From Zootoca vivipara (taxonomy: Eukaryota): 64,000 nt of DNA. This document shows, piece by piece, positions 41,175-54,623 of this stretch. A model generated the notes under the pieces. That model was not told the origin of the DNA and searched no databases. It saw nothing but the letters and a program-made list of their open reading frames with translations. The translations under genes and the position numbers were made by a program. The stretch spans positions 7,936,001 to 8,000,000 of the forward strand of contig NC_083277.1 of NCBI RefSeq assembly GCF_963506605.1, given 5' to 3'. Position 1 is the stretch's first letter. Each line of letters begins with the position of its first letter.

Positions 41175-41547
41175 TTATAGAGCTTTGGAAGCTCAGAGTG
41201 AATTTGACATTCCACAAGACTTGCCATGTAAAACAACCTCCCATTTCCTAGTTCCCCCAGTCTGGGGTTCTCCCAGTCTGCCAGACCTGATCTAGAGGGG
41301 CACACAAGCGGAAGAGAGGAAGGAAATAGGCACATTGCACTCGTGGGATTTGTTTTACATTCCAGCATCTCAACTATTTAATTGTATCCAGCCATCATTA
41401 TGCATCAGGCCACATGTTTCATCCATAGCACCTCCAATCAACAGAGCTCAAAAGCAGCAGGAACAACTCTGAGACCATGTGTCGTGATCTTATGATGCTG
41501 TCCTGGGTGTGTGAGTAACTTTGGGCCAAGAGAAGAAGGAGACTTAC

Positions 41548-41673
41548 CCAGAGGGGCCGGATTTCTGTAATTCTCCTCCATGATGTAATTGTGCAAGGCC
41601 CTCTGGCTTGGATCCAGGAGGGCCCCTTCTCCTCTGTGACATGCACAGCCACCTCCTCAAAGAAAAGAAAACC
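41548..41673 (-). pseudogene. KRAB-A exon of gene D, frameshifted (126 nt); only MEENYRNPAPL is in frame with the fingers
   Basis: tttcag|GFLFFEEVAVHVTEE /1-nt deletion/ ALLDPSQRALHNYIMEENYRNPAPL|gtaagt. Confidence 0.8.
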
Positions 41674-41959
41674 CTGAAAGCAGAAAAAAAGGGAAGAGAT
41701 ATATCTCACAGGTAATTTAGCAATCCAAAGAGGTAGTTAAGGCAAGGTGACTTCAAGTTCCCCTGTGAACCATTCTATCTTTTTCGTTTTGTGATGCTTC
41801 CCCAAATTCCCACGTTATTAGAGCAACAAAAGAGGAACAAAAGAAACGAATAAACCAATATGTTTGTGGTATGAAAAATTATGAGATTACAGCAGGAAGG
41901 TATGAGAGCTGCAGTGATTGGGAATGAAACAGTATGGCTATGACTAGCTGAAGCTTTTG

Positions 41960-42375
41960 CAGGTGGAATTGTGTTTCACCCCTCTCTGCAGGATAGCACA
42001 GATTCCTGGACAAATGGCTGATGATGATGGACTATGCCGAAATGGCCAAATTGAGCAGGAAAATCAGAAACCAGGAAGAGAAGAAATTTAAGAAACAATG
42101 GGGGGAATTCACAATGTACTTAAGAGAACACTGTAAACAACTAAAAACTTTGGCAGGATTTGAGTAACATTTGTAATGTACTATAAACTAAGGTAAAATT
42201 GGATTATTTAAGAAAAATAGACAAAATAAGGGAAGCAGTGGAAAAAGATTGAAAATTGTAACCATGGAAGAGTGGAGGGGAGTCAAAGGATTCAGGGAAT
42301 CCTAAATGATGATGATGTTTATTGTTTTAGTTTAAATTTGCAATGTAAAATTCAATTAAAAAGAATAATAAAAAG
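41960..42375 (+). mobile_element. L1 LINE 3' end
   Basis: MMDYAEMAKLSRKIRNQEEKKFKKQWGEF then 3' UTR and A-rich tail. Confidence 0.75.
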
Positions 42376-43080
42376 TGGCATTCCCTACAGGGAATTGGGA
42401 AGAGGGAAGTTGTCTGGAAGTGAATGACATCAATAAAATACTGTTTGCATTGTGGGGGGGGGGGGAGGAGGAAAGCATCATTCAAGCCCTCAGTCTGGCT
42501 TGGAGGTCTATAGCTGATATCCACAGTAAGTTCACTGTTGTTTCCTACGGTATTCCTACAAGTTGAACCCATATGCTCTCAATCCACTTTCCATACTCCA
42601 AGCGTACACATCCTTTAAATAGAATGCTACTCCTTCTCCCTTCCGTTTTGATAAATTCCTTATGAACAGGTTGTTGATGGCATCTGTCTGTCTCGGGAGA
42701 CAATGGAAGAGTGTGCCTTCAGGGGTGAAGTCAACCCATTGGAGAGTTACAGCATCCACTGTGGCTTTGGAGACTGAAATGGGCAAGACATGTTCTGTTG
42801 CAGCTGGGGCGGATGAAGGAGTCCGGTTGTGCTGCTACAGATGCACCATGGCATTTTTTTACCTGTGCTCTTCACAACAAGTCAATCCTCCTCTGGTCAC
42901 TGCTGTGAAGTGACAGGTTGGAGTCCTCAATTTCTACATTCCAGTCTTGAGTCCTATCCCACTAGGTTCCAGTAATGCCTGTTAGGTCACATTTGCCACC
43001 CTGTATTAAGAGCTCACGTTTTAAAGAAAGCATTTAACAATATTTGTATGCCATTGAATATTTTTAAAAAATCTAAGCTG

Positions 43081-43681
43081 ATTTTACTTTCTTGGGTTCC
43101 ATGATCACTGCAGATGGTGACAGCAGTCACGAAATTAAAAGACGCCTGCTTCTTGGGAGAAAAGCAATGACAAACCTAGACAGCATCTTAAAAAGCAGAG
43201 ACATCACCTGGCCGACAAAGGTCCGTATAGTTAAAGCTATGGTTTTCCCAGTAGTGATGTATGGAAGTGAGAGCTGGACCATAAAGAAGGCTGATGGCCG
43301 AAGAATTGATGCTTTTGAATTATGGTGCTGGAGGAGACTCTTGAGAGTCCCATGGACTGCAAGAAGATCAAACCTATCCATTCTTAAGGAAATCAGCCCT
43401 GAGTGCTCACTGGAAGGACAGATCCTGAAGCTGAGGCTCCAATACTTTGGCCACCTCATGAGAAGAGAAGACTCCCTGGAAAGACCCTGATGTTGGGAAA
43501 GATGGAGGGCACAAGGAGAAGGGGACGACAGAGGATGAGATGGTTGGACAGTGTTCTCGAAGCTAAGAACATGAGTTTGACCAAACTGCGGGAGGCAGTG
43601 CAAGACAGGAGTGCCTGGCGTGCTCTGGTCCATGGGGTCACGAAGAGTCGGACACGACTAAATGACTAAACAACAACAACA
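43081..43681 (+). mobile_element. BovB 3' fragment
   Basis: FTFLGSMITADGDSSHEIKRR..TKSRTRLND + (CAA)n; aagctg flanking repeat. Confidence 0.92.
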
Positions 43682-45159
43682 AAGCTGTTTACATAAAACA
43701 TATTCACAGGGGAAAATTTGATAAAAATCAGCATATTAAAAATTAACCAAGAGCTTAACATGTGGGATGTTAGCATCCAAAATGCTTTTATGAAGGGTTA
43801 GCTGCAAGAGCTGTGGAACTCTTGTGACATCATACACTCTGTGGCAGTTATGGCAGTTATTTCAGTTATGGCAGTTAGTACTGAACAGTCTTAACAGAGC
43901 AGCAGGTATGTTATGTTGGTTGCACTGCTGTCTGTCTCAGAGTATCAGCTAGCATCTATTTAATCTGCAACTGCAAGCACACTAAGTTATATGCTATTTA
44001 AACTTTGAAAGGGAGTTTCTTGCATAGTTTTTACACGAAGGAAAAGAGAACTAATTAAAGGGTCAAACGACCCAGGGCTGCCTTCCGCATACTCCGCAAA
44101 CGGGAACGAGAATTCCCACATAACAGACTATAGTAGCCTTTCCGTCATGAGACAGTTTTATTAAGTTAAAAACCATCAAATATAGATCGAATCAAGCGGG
44201 TGTTGTTGTTGGGTTTTTTAAAAAAATACCAGTGTACATAAAAAAACAACAACACACATCTGGGTAGGCATCTCTAAACAAAAAAGTTTTTAGCAAGTGC
44301 CAAAATCAGTACAGTGAAGTACCTGGCTGATATCAACAGGCAGAGAATCTTTTCTTCCAACACGCACCTGAAAACTGACACAACAATGGCTCCATGGATC
44401 TCAGTTCAAGGAGTAGGGTTTCCCCCTCTTTCTAAGGGCCTCGCCCCATCTGCACACGCACACACACACACACACACACAGAGGGACTTTCCTCTATCCC
44501 ATTCCCACGATGGCTAATTCCCCAACCCAGATTTCAATCCTACATCTGCATTCCAACACAAACCTACAACTGGCATCCCAATCCAAAAGGGAGAGGCCTC
44601 AGGGATCTTAGAAGAGAAATGGAAACCCACCCTAACACACACGCTTTGTGTGAGTGCCATGGTGAAACTCTGCATGGATGGGAACACAGGAATTGGCCCA
44701 TTCAGCTTGATATTTCCTACACAAACCGGCAGCAGCTCTCTGGGGTTTCAGCCTTTTCCAGCCCTACCTGGAGACACCAGGACTGCAGGTGGTTACAGCC
44801 GGGGAAAGGAGTCTGCCACTGAGCTGGAAGGAAGAAATGTAAGAAAAGCCACCGTCCCCCAACAGCCCCACACTTGCCAGATTTGGCTCCAAAGGGAGCT
44901 GTGATGAGTGCAAAGGGCCTTTGGGTGCAGGGGTCTCCCAGAAACAGGGAGGCGGGTGGAAGGGAATCCCAAGGCAGGGGAAGGGGTTGGGAAGGGCCTC
45001 TAGGGGAGAGAAGAAATCCAGCCAGGGATGGCAGAGAACAAAAGGGAGGGAGGCAGCCAGAGCCTGGGAAGAGAATGAAAATTTGATTCCAACCAGCCCT
45101 ATTGGTGCCATCAAGACTTTTAGGCCCAGGCAGAGCGATCAGGAGGGCAGCAAACGATG

Positions 45160-46273
45160 GGCATCTAGGGGAAAGGGCGGTGGCTCCGTGGCAGAGCACC
45201 TGCTTTGCATGCAGAAGGTCCTAGATTCACCTCCAGGTAGGGCTGGGGAAGAAGACCCTGTGCCTGCCGTGGGGAAAGGCCGCTGCCAGTCTGTGTGGGC
45301 AACACCGTTGCCCTGAACAATGGACTGGGGCGCAGGGGGTTTGTAAAAACCTCCATATTCCAATCCTTGTGCGATTCGAGTCGCCTCCTTTGCAAGATTC
45401 AGTGGGAGGCAGATTCCTGCGCTTCGGGGGAAGGGAGGAGGCTCACAAGCAGAGCAGCTGCTTGGCATGCATAAGGTCCCAGGCTCCATCCCCAGTTGGG
45501 CTGGGAAGAGCCCCCTGGGCCCGCCATCAGGGGGAGCTGCTGCCAGCCCGCGCAGGCAATACTGAGCTAACTGGACCACTGGTCTGATTCAGCGACGAGG
45601 TTTTCCCTCCTCCCTTCCCTCCCCCATCACCATCCCAATGAAGGCAGAGTGGCCCCCAAGGCCCCCTTTGCGGCCTCCAGAAACCTCAGCCCCCCCCCGG
45701 CTGCGCCCACCTCAAACGCCGCTCGGCCGCCGTCCTTCTCCGCTGCCGCCCTCCGCGCCTCTCTCGCTCTCGCCCCAAGGGATGACGGGAAAGCCAATGC
45801 CGCCGAACGCGGCTGCCACGGAATCTCACCGTCCCGGTGGAGGAAGGAAACTACGACTCCCAGCAGCCACCGCGAAGGGAGGACTTGGAACGTCCAGCTG
45901 CTCCGCGCTGACTGGAAGGGGAGGGGAAAGAAGGGCGGTATTATTACTTCCTTGCTTGTAGTGGCGGCTCACAGCCTGCAGGTGGCGCCGCGCTCTCGCT
46001 TCCATTCAAAGGGTGGATTTCATTCATTTGATTGAATTATATTTCTATGCCACTTTCCATTCAAACGAATCCCAAAGCTGCTTACAAGCATTGAATAACA
46101 AGATAAAACATCCCAAATACAACATCAATCATATAAAATAATTTAACAAATCATCAGTGAAACAATCGCAACCTCAAACCAGCAGGGAGTCTGGGATTGT
46201 GCAGCCCGGGTCCTCGGGGGCGGGCGGAGGAAGAGCTCTGGTTCAGTCCGGACCATTCATTTTAGTGGATTGC
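45160..46273 (-). repeat. Inverted duplicate of 22791-23900; CpG promoter/first exon of gene D
   Basis: Reverse complement of the gene C promoter; ACTACGACTCCCAGCAGCC at 45850-45868. Confidence 0.9.
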
Positions 46274-46830
46274 GTTTAATTCCCACCAGGGACCGCCTGG
46301 CGCCATGCATGACTCTCCCCTTCCATCATGCACAACAACCTTGCGGGGAAGGCTGGCCAAAATGTGTGGGGATCTGAACAGATCTTACTGTGCATGCTCA
46401 GCAGTGGCCCATCTCCTGAGGAGTTACTTCATGGCTGGCTTCCTTCCCCCTCTTGCACAGCTGAAACACAGTGCCGGGTTACCAAATAGGCAGAGCAGGT
46501 CCCAGCCTACCGGTCCCACACCTTTTAGGGGCCCTGTGACAACGGATCCAAAGTAAATTGATTTGGTTTATTAAAATAGTTGATTGGTAAGATAAAAAAC
46601 GTTGTTAGGAGATAATCCCCCCCCCCCATTTTCAGCTGCCTATGTGCCTCCGCATGGTTTAATCCAGCCCTGCCGAAACATTTCCTTGGAGGAAGTCACT
46701 GTCAATATGTAATAAGAGATGAGCTATTCTGTCTCTTGCTCCCCAAACTTTATTTATGCTGTTGCCACTTCTGAACCTGTTTGCTATCCGTGCCCCTTTC
46801 TTCATGAATACCTGGTTTTAAAAATATATT

Positions 46831-48180
46831 TCATAGAATCATAGAGCTGGAAGAGACCACAATGGCCATCCAGTCCAACACCCTGCCAAGCAGGAAACAC
46901 CATCAAAGCATTCCTGACAGATGGCTGTCAAGCCTCTGCTTAAAGACCTCCAAAGAAGGAGACTCCACCACACTCCTTGGTAGCAAATTCCACTGCCGAA
47001 CAGCTCTTACTGTCAGGAAGTTCTTCCTAATGTTTAGGTGGAATATTCTTTCTTGTAGTTTGAATCCATTGCTCCGTGTCTGCTTCTCTGGAGCAGCAGA
47101 AAACAACCTTTCTCCCTCCTCTATATGACATCCTTTAATATTTTTGAACATGGCTATCATGTCACCCCTTAACCTTCTCTTCTCCAGGCTAAACATGCCC
47201 AGCTCCCTCAGCCGTTCCTCATAAGACATTGTTTCCAGGCCTTTGACCATTCTGGTTGCCCTCTTCTGGACACGTTCCAGCTTGTCAGTATCCTTCTTGA
47301 ACTGTGTTGCCCAGAACTGGACACAGTACTCCAGGTGAGGTCTGACCAGAGCAGAATACAGTGGTACTATTACTTCCCTTGATCTAGATGCTATACTCCT
47401 AATTGATGCAGCCCAGAATTGCATTGGCTTTTTTAGCTGCTGCATCACACTGCTGACTCATGTCAAGTTTGTGGTCTACCAAGACTCCTAGATCCTTTTC
47501 ACATGTACTGCTCTCAAGCCAGGTATCACCCATTCTGTATTTGTGCCTTTCATTTTTTTTTGCCCAAGTGTAGTACCTTACATTTCTCCCTGTTAAAATT
47601 CATCTTGTTTGCTTTGGCCCAGTTGTCTAATCTGTTAAGGTCATTTTGAAGTGTGATCCTGTCCTCTGGGGTATTAGCCACCCCTCCCAATTTGGTGTCA
47701 TCTGCAAACTTGCTCAGGATGCCCTCAAGCCCATCATCCAAGTCGTTTATAAAGATGTTGAATAAGACTGGGCCCAAGATAGAACCCTGTGGCACCCCAC
47801 TAGTCACTACTCTCCAGGATGAGGAGGAGCCATTGATGAGCACCCTTTAGGTTCAGTTAGCCAGCCAGTTACAAATCCATTGAATGGTAGCATTATCTAG
47901 CCCGCATTTTACCAGCTTCTTTACAAAAATATCATGGAACAGCTTGTCAAAGGCCTTGCTGAAATCAAGATATGCTACATCCACAGTGTTCCCTTCATCT
48001 ACCAGGCTTGTGACTCTGTCAAAAAATGAGATCAGATTAGTCTGACATGACCTATTTTTCAGAATCCCATGCTGACTTTTAGTGATCACAGAGTTTCTTT
48101 CTAGGTGCTCACAGACTGTTTGCTTAATGATCTGCTCTAGAATCTTTCCTGGTATTGATGTCAGGCTGACTGGGCGGTAG
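46831..48180 (-). mobile_element. CR1 LINE, 5'-truncated, frameshifted RT
   Basis: [60 protein letters not shown]; CTATGATT 3' repeat. Confidence 0.95.
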
Positions 48181-48534
48181 GAGCATTTCAGTAGCAGCAT
48201 GTGGCAGATGTCAATTTCAACTGTATCCCAATTGGCATGTGTTTCTGCCACTGGCTGACAATGGTTCATCACCCTGAAGTTCCCTCTGCTTCTTACTAGT
48301 TAGGATTGCCATATTTCAAAAAGGAAAAGATGCTGAGTTTTTCCTAGGAAGACCCAAATATTATTGAACTTTAAAAAAAACAACCCAAAGTTCACCCCCC
48401 AAAAACACCATGATTTTTCGGTTTGATTACTGAAGACCTGGAAATTTTCCCCAGACGTCACTTCTGCCTTTAAAATCCTGGAATTCAAATCAGTAATGAT
48501 TAGGTGGGACCCGAACATTGGTTATTCTATTCCA

Positions 48535-49500
48535 ATGAGTGATTGGGAAAACTTGTGGAAAACAAAGATGAAATTTACTGCTATAGGAAAATCTCATGAA
48601 GATGCAGTTCATGTGGTACCTAACGCTGTCAAAGATATCTAAGATGTACAAAAATATCCCGAGTACATGTTGGCTGTGCAGAGACAGAAGGAAATATGTA
48701 CAGTACATGTGGTGGCTTTGTAAAAAAATTAAAGAATTCTGGAATATCATATATAATGAAAATATACTTTCCAAAGAAACTGAGGTCTTCCTTCTCGGCA
48801 TTCTAGTTACAGAAATACCAAAAGCCCTAAAAGAAATTTTTCTGTATGCTACAGTGGCCGCAAGGATCCTGATTGCAATGAATTGGAAAGGGGACAGAGT
48901 TCCTTCTAAAACTGAGTGGTTAAACAAACTTCTAGAATATGTGGAGATGGCACAAATGACAAATAGACTGAGACAATTCAAATCAATGCTTTATTTAGAA
49001 ATAGGACAGGTTTAAAAAATATTTACAGAATTACCACCATGGTGTGGAAACTATGACAGCGTTTGAATGATCTATGTGTAAATAATATGATGTTAGAAGA
49101 AGTCATGTATAAAGATATGAAATATATACAAGAAGTCATGTATAAAGATATGAAATGTAGAATACAGTCATACCTCTTTGTGTTCACTTCATGTTGCGTC
49201 TTTTCGGGTAACTTCTGGGTTCGCCCCGCGCGCATGTGCAGAAGCGATCTGTGCACTTCGCGCACGCACAGAAGTGCTCTATCGCGCCACGCACGTGTGC
49301 AGAAGCGGTGCTCTAATTGCGGACTTGGAATGGAATGAGTCCACAACTAGAGGTACCACTGTAACAGAACAGAAGATGATCGATACTGTAGCAAACTGGA
49401 AAATTACGACTGTTTCCCCTTTTGTGGTCTATTCTGTTCTTTTCAAGTTGCTATGTAAACTTTATGTCATGTTTCTTTTTGAATTTACTAAATAAAGGAA
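48535..49500 (+). mobile_element. L1 LINE 3' fragment (zinc-knuckle region) with a nested Tigger MITE
   Basis: WYLT..CWLC..YMWWLCKKIKEFW..EYVEMA. Confidence 0.78.
49165..49361. mobile_element. Tigger-type MITE (degenerate)
   Basis: ta|cagtcatacctc ... gaggtaccactg|ta. Confidence 0.65.
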
Positions 49501-50525
49501 ATTTAAAAAGAACTTAATAAATAAATCCTGGACTAGTGTTCAATTGCTCAAAAACACGCTGGTCTTAGTTACCGGTATTTATAGGATGTTGCTTCAGTGT
49601 CAATCTTTTGACACGATCATTCCATGCTGCCAACATTCTTAGGATTCACTGGCTTAGCTCTCACATCATGCTAAGCTGTGGTTTATTACTGTCAAGGTGA
49701 ACTATAGTTAATAAGCCATGGCACTGGGCAGATGGTCACTTAACATAAGAGCAGCCTAACCTTGAAAACCAATTCCATTGTTGGCCTGTCTTCATTCACG
49801 GCTCTGTAGTTTTAGCAGTAAATCCCTGCATTCACATATAACACAAAACCCTGGCTAATGTCAAATGAGGATGACAAACTTTTGTTAACAAGTGACCTTT
49901 AATGATATTTAACAGACCATAGTTAAACTGCTGGGCTAGTTTCACAGATATCACCAAGCCACGGTTTAATAAAACATCATTTATAGAGAAAAGGCGAGCA
50001 AGAGATGACATGACAAACGTTTGCAAAACAATGCATGGCAGGAAGAAAGTAGAGGAAAGTTTTTATCCCTCTCTCACACTAGAACTTGTGGATATCTAAT
50101 GAAGCTGGAAAATTCAGGACAGCTAAAGGAAAGTACTTATTTTACATAAACTGTGGAACTTGCTCCAGCAGGAAACAGCGACGGCCACCAACTTGGATGG
50201 CTTTAAGAGAGGTTTAGAGAAATTAAAGGAGGATAAGTCCATCAATGGAGGAGGATGGAGGCTGTGCTATGAGCAATGTTCTGTCCCCACTTGCAGGAAA
50301 CCACAGGAGTGGACAGTACCCGTTTTCCTGATCCAGCAAGCTTTTCTTCCGTTAACCATGCTTTGGCGTTATGTGCAAAAGAGACTATGGTCTTTCCTGT
50401 GTAAGTTCTTTCCTTGTGACAGATACCACATCTGACTGAGGATTTAAATGACTTATTGCCTTGTGTGGATTTGGTGGTGATATGCAACCACTCTGCTCAC
50501 CTGAAAACTCTTTCCACGGCAACTA

Positions 50526-50788
50526 CAGTGGTACCTTGGTTGTCGAACCTAATCCGTTCCGGGAGTCCATTTGACTCCCCAAACTGTTCAAAAACCAAGG
50601 CACAGCTGCAGGAGCTTCCTGCGCTCAATCGGAAGCTGCGGAAGCCACGTCGGACGTTCGGCTTCCAAAAAACATTCGCAAACCACAACACTTACTTCCA
50701 GGTTTGCAGCGTTCAGAAGCCGATTTGTTTGGGACGCAAAAGCCAATTTGTTCGGGACGCAAGATATTCGAGAATCAAGGTACCACTG
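50526..50788. mobile_element. Tigger-type MITE
   Basis: TIRs cagtggtaccttggtt / aatcaaggtaccactg, TA TSD. Confidence 0.88.
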
Positions 50789-50910
50789 TATATGGTTCTT
50801 TTCTGGTGTGGACTCACTGATGGCAACTAAAGCCACCAACTTGGCTGAAGCTCTTTTCATTCAGTGGACCTTTATATGATTTCGCTCCTGTATGGGGTTT
50901 CTGATATACA

Positions 50911-51272
50911 CTAAAGGACCCCTGGATAGTTAAGTCCAGTCGAATTCAACTATGGGGGTGCAGCACTCATCTCCACTTTCAGGCCGAGGGAGCCGGTGTT
51001 TGTCTGCAGACAGCTTTTCTGCGCCATGAGGCCAGCATGACTAAACCATTTCTGGCACAACACATCACCGTGACGATTGCCAGAGCGCCCGGAAACAGCA
51101 TTTACCTTCCCACCGCAGTGGTACCTATTTATTTACTCACACTGGTATGCTTTCAAACTGCTAGGTTAGCAGGAGCTAGGATAGAGCAACGGGAGCTCAC
51201 CCCCATCAAGAGGATTCGAACTGCCAATCTGCAAGCTCAAGTGGCTCAGTGGTTTAGATCACAGCGCCACCC
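50911..51272 (-). mobile_element. Sauria SINE
   Basis: tttcaaactgctaggttagcagg core; head ggtggcgctgtg on the minus strand. Confidence 0.82.
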
Positions 51273-51770
51273 GAATTCCATACTAAGGCGTACCCTTCAA
51301 CTGAAGCCCTTTCCACATCCCAAACAATGATATTCTTCCTCTGCAAAATGGATTATTTTATGGTTAAAGAGGCTATCGCTTTGGCTGAGCTCTTTCCACT
51401 CTCTGGACGTTTATGCAGCTTCTCACCTGTATGGGCCCTTTGATAGTTAGTAACTTATGGTCAAAGTACTTTCCACACTCTGAACACGAAAATGCTTTCC
51501 TCCCTGTGTGTAAAGCAAGGGTTTGGCTACAATTGAAGCTCTTCCCAAACTCTGATAATTAAGGTGGTCACTATTCCGGCTGAACACTTTCCACAATTGG
51601 AACATTTATGTGGCTTCTATGTGGCTTTTCCTGATGGCTACTATGATCTCTTAAGCTTTTTCCACACACTGAGCATTTAAAGTGTTTCCCTCCTGAATGG
51701 ATTCTTTATTTAACAGCACACAGCTCTGAGTGAAGCTCTTTCCACACTCTAAGCATTTACAGTATATGGT

Positions 51771-52753
51771 TTATCCTGTGTGAATTCTTGCGTGTAAGGA
51801 AAGGTGTCTCCTGTACGCAAAGCTGCTTTTACACACTGAGCACTTATATCGTTTTTCTCCAGTGTGGATTTTTTGATGATCAAGAAGTTTGGAGCTCAGA
51901 CGGAAACACTTTTCGCACTCAGAACATTTAAATGGTCTCTCTCCTGAATGGACTTTTTGGTGAGAAAGAAGCGCAGAGCTCTGAGCAAAGCCCTTTCCAC
52001 ACTCTAAGCATTTATACGGTTTCTCCCCTGTGTGGATTCTTTGATGACTAAGAAGGTGACTGTAGCGGCTGAAGCAATTTCCGCAATTGGAACATTTATG
52101 TGGTTTCTCTCCTGTGTGGGTTCTCTGATGACGAGTAAGGCCACTACGGTCTGTGAAGCTCTTTCCACACTCTGAGCATTTATATGGTTTTTCTCCAGTG
52201 TGAATTCTTTGATGATTAAAAAGGTTGTAGGTCTGTCGGAAACACTTTCCGCACTCTGAACATTTATATGGTTTCCCTTCCGTGTGGATTCTTTCATGTT
52301 TAGACAGTTTCCTGCTATCAGTGAAGTTACTTCCACACACTGAGCACTTATATGTTTTCCCCCCAGTGTGGATTTGTTGGTGAGCAGGAAGCTTGGAGCT
52401 TAGACGGACACTCTTTCTGTTCTCTGAACATTTATACAGTTTCCCTTCTGTGTGGGTTCTTTCATGTAGATGAAGAAGTGACTTGTACTTGAAGCTCCTT
52501 CCACACTCTGAACATTGAAACAGTTTATCCCCATTATGTTTCCTTCCGAGGGTGCTAGGATTCAATATTCTAGCTGGGTTTCTTACACAAGGAGAGACGT
52601 TTTCCTGTTTCTTGCCTCTGTGATGTTTTTTCAGCATCGGAGTTTCATTGAAGTCAGCACCGTCTGGAACAACAGTGTCCTTCCTCAAATTCTCTTCTGC
52701 TTCAGTTTTAATTCTCTGGGGCTCATTCTCTTCACTGCTCTCCCTCCCATCAC
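51771..52753 (-). CDS. KRAB-ZNF gene E last exon, 8 intact + 1 degenerate fingers
   Basis: Acceptor gtattcctgcag|GT GAT GGG, in frame with the canonical KRAB exon; premature TAA in the linker (TG*). Confidence 0.85.
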
Positions 52754-53233
52754 CTGCAGGAATACAAAGAGAGACCTGATCAGGGAGGAACGGACACCAA
52801 AGTTCGAGAACGTCTGTGTGAAAAGCAGAAGGGGAAAGATAGTCATGGGACAGCCACTGTTGATGGGCACTAAGACTGAGGGCCGCGTTCACCCTTGATC
52901 AATGCTCCTGGGGGCCACAAAGTGAAGGCAAGTGTGGCCAAAGGTGAGCATGGCCACTCCACATTGTCTCTCTCACACATACACCCTTGCATGTACACAC
53001 ACAGCACACACACACACACAAGCACACAGCCCCCACCTCACACCTGAACTATGCATATCAGCTGGGCTGGGAGTTCTCAGATCAGTCTGAAAAGCAGGAA
53101 GGAGTACGGTAGAGTTTCATCCTCATCAGAGCATCCATCCATCTCTTTGCATCTGCTGCCAAAATGAGTGGCATCTTGGTAGGTCAGATAAATTTGCTTT
53201 GTAGATCAGATGCTCAAAATTGAAGGTTGTGTA

Positions 53234-54623
53234 CAGGGCGGTCTTAAGCATTTCCAGCGCCGTGGCACAAAGGTCCCTCCTGCGCCCTCCTCCCTTTCCC
53301 AAAAATTAGCCTGGGGGGCGGAGGGCACCGTTGGGGCTGCCTGACTACACCCACTGACGGCGCTCTCGCTGCTGCCCAGCGGCCCGAGGAGCAGGAGGAG
53401 GTTGCCACACCGCTGCCTGTGCCCTGGGAGTGGTGGTGGTGGGGCAGCGGGCAAATGAAATCAGAGCCACCTTCGCTTCCCAAGCGATGCCGCCCTCTTT
53501 CAAGCTCTTTTGAAAAGTTCTCGAGTTGCTCTCCTGCCTGACTTTGCCCTCTTGAGCCCAGCTGGAAGAGGTCCCCCAGAGCTTGGGTATTGTGCAGCGC
53601 CATGCGTAATAAAGACCTCTCACTCACTCACTCACTCTCTCTCTCATCTCCTCCCTCTCCCTGCCCTTCCATCTGTTGATAGCTGCCAATGCACCTTCCC
53701 AGAGTAGCTAACTAAGCAGAGGGAGAGAGGCTGTGTAAAAGAGTTGGGGGTGGGGGGGATGGCAGGGTACTTCTTCCCTAACTGGTTTAGACTCGCTGGC
53801 TGGTGGAGGGGGCGATGGGAGGCGTGAGTTCCTACTCCTAAAACAGCTACTAATTCTCAGCTGGAGATTAAACGTTTACTCGGGCAGGAAAGGAGCATGC
53901 TTGGAAGTTGATCATTCTTTAGCCTTGACCCACGAATGGGTTTTATTTAGTTTTCTTTTTTTGGGGGGTGGGGAGGCAGGGAGAAGGTGTTATAATTCAT
54001 AAATGCTTATTTCAGGTGAAACAGGAGCTTTTACGCACCCACGGAAGCGCAAGCGCGCACCCCCATTTCAAGTACCTCGCAGCAGATATGTGAGAGGTTT
54101 TGGGCTGGGTTGGCGGGGTGGGGAGGGGTTGTTAGCGCGGATCCAAATGCGGAGTTACTCCTGCTGTGTTGTTGGGCGCCCTGAAAGAGCGGCTGGGCTG
54201 CTGGGCTACCTGTAAGTAAAGACCCACCCACCCACCCCTGCTGAAGAATGTATGGAAAAGACCCACGTCCTGCCCCCTCCAACCATTGCAGGTAATACTC
54301 ACTGAATTTCCATGGGGATTTGTCTCTCCTCTGCCATTCCCTGAAGAAATCAGACCCCCACCCCTTGCAACTTCACTGGCCAAAAGCCAGCTCCAGAGAG
54401 TAACCATTTCCCAGGGCCCCAAGACCAACTGCAGAGAGAATACTAAAGGTTCGTCCCTCGGGAGCCGCTCCCACCACCGCCCTCAGGCGACAGCGGCTCG
54501 GCAGGCAGGGGAGGCGGCGGAGGAGCCATAGGGCTTAGTGGCTCATTGTGCCCCTGGGGCGCCCCTGAGAGGCCGGCGCCCTGGCGCAACAAGCCACTAG
54601 CCCCTATGGGAAGGACGCCTCTG
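53234..54623. mobile_element. Non-autonomous hAT element, 1390 bp, with GC-rich mosaic interior
   Basis: Perfect 8-bp TSD gttgtgta (53226-53233, 54624-54631); degenerate TIRs cagggcggtctt / aaggacgcctctg; absent from the paralogous intron of gene D. Confidence 0.8.

Larger units (their letters stand above)
50455..51770 (-). pseudogene. Decayed finger array downstream of the gene E stop, split by a Sauria SINE and a Tigger MITE
   Basis: Repeated tgtggaaagagcttc-type finger remnants with indels. Confidence 0.7.

Noticed and set aside
46285-46672. cagg..ccctg-bounded segment as a hAT element
   Set aside because: No matching 8-bp TSD found.
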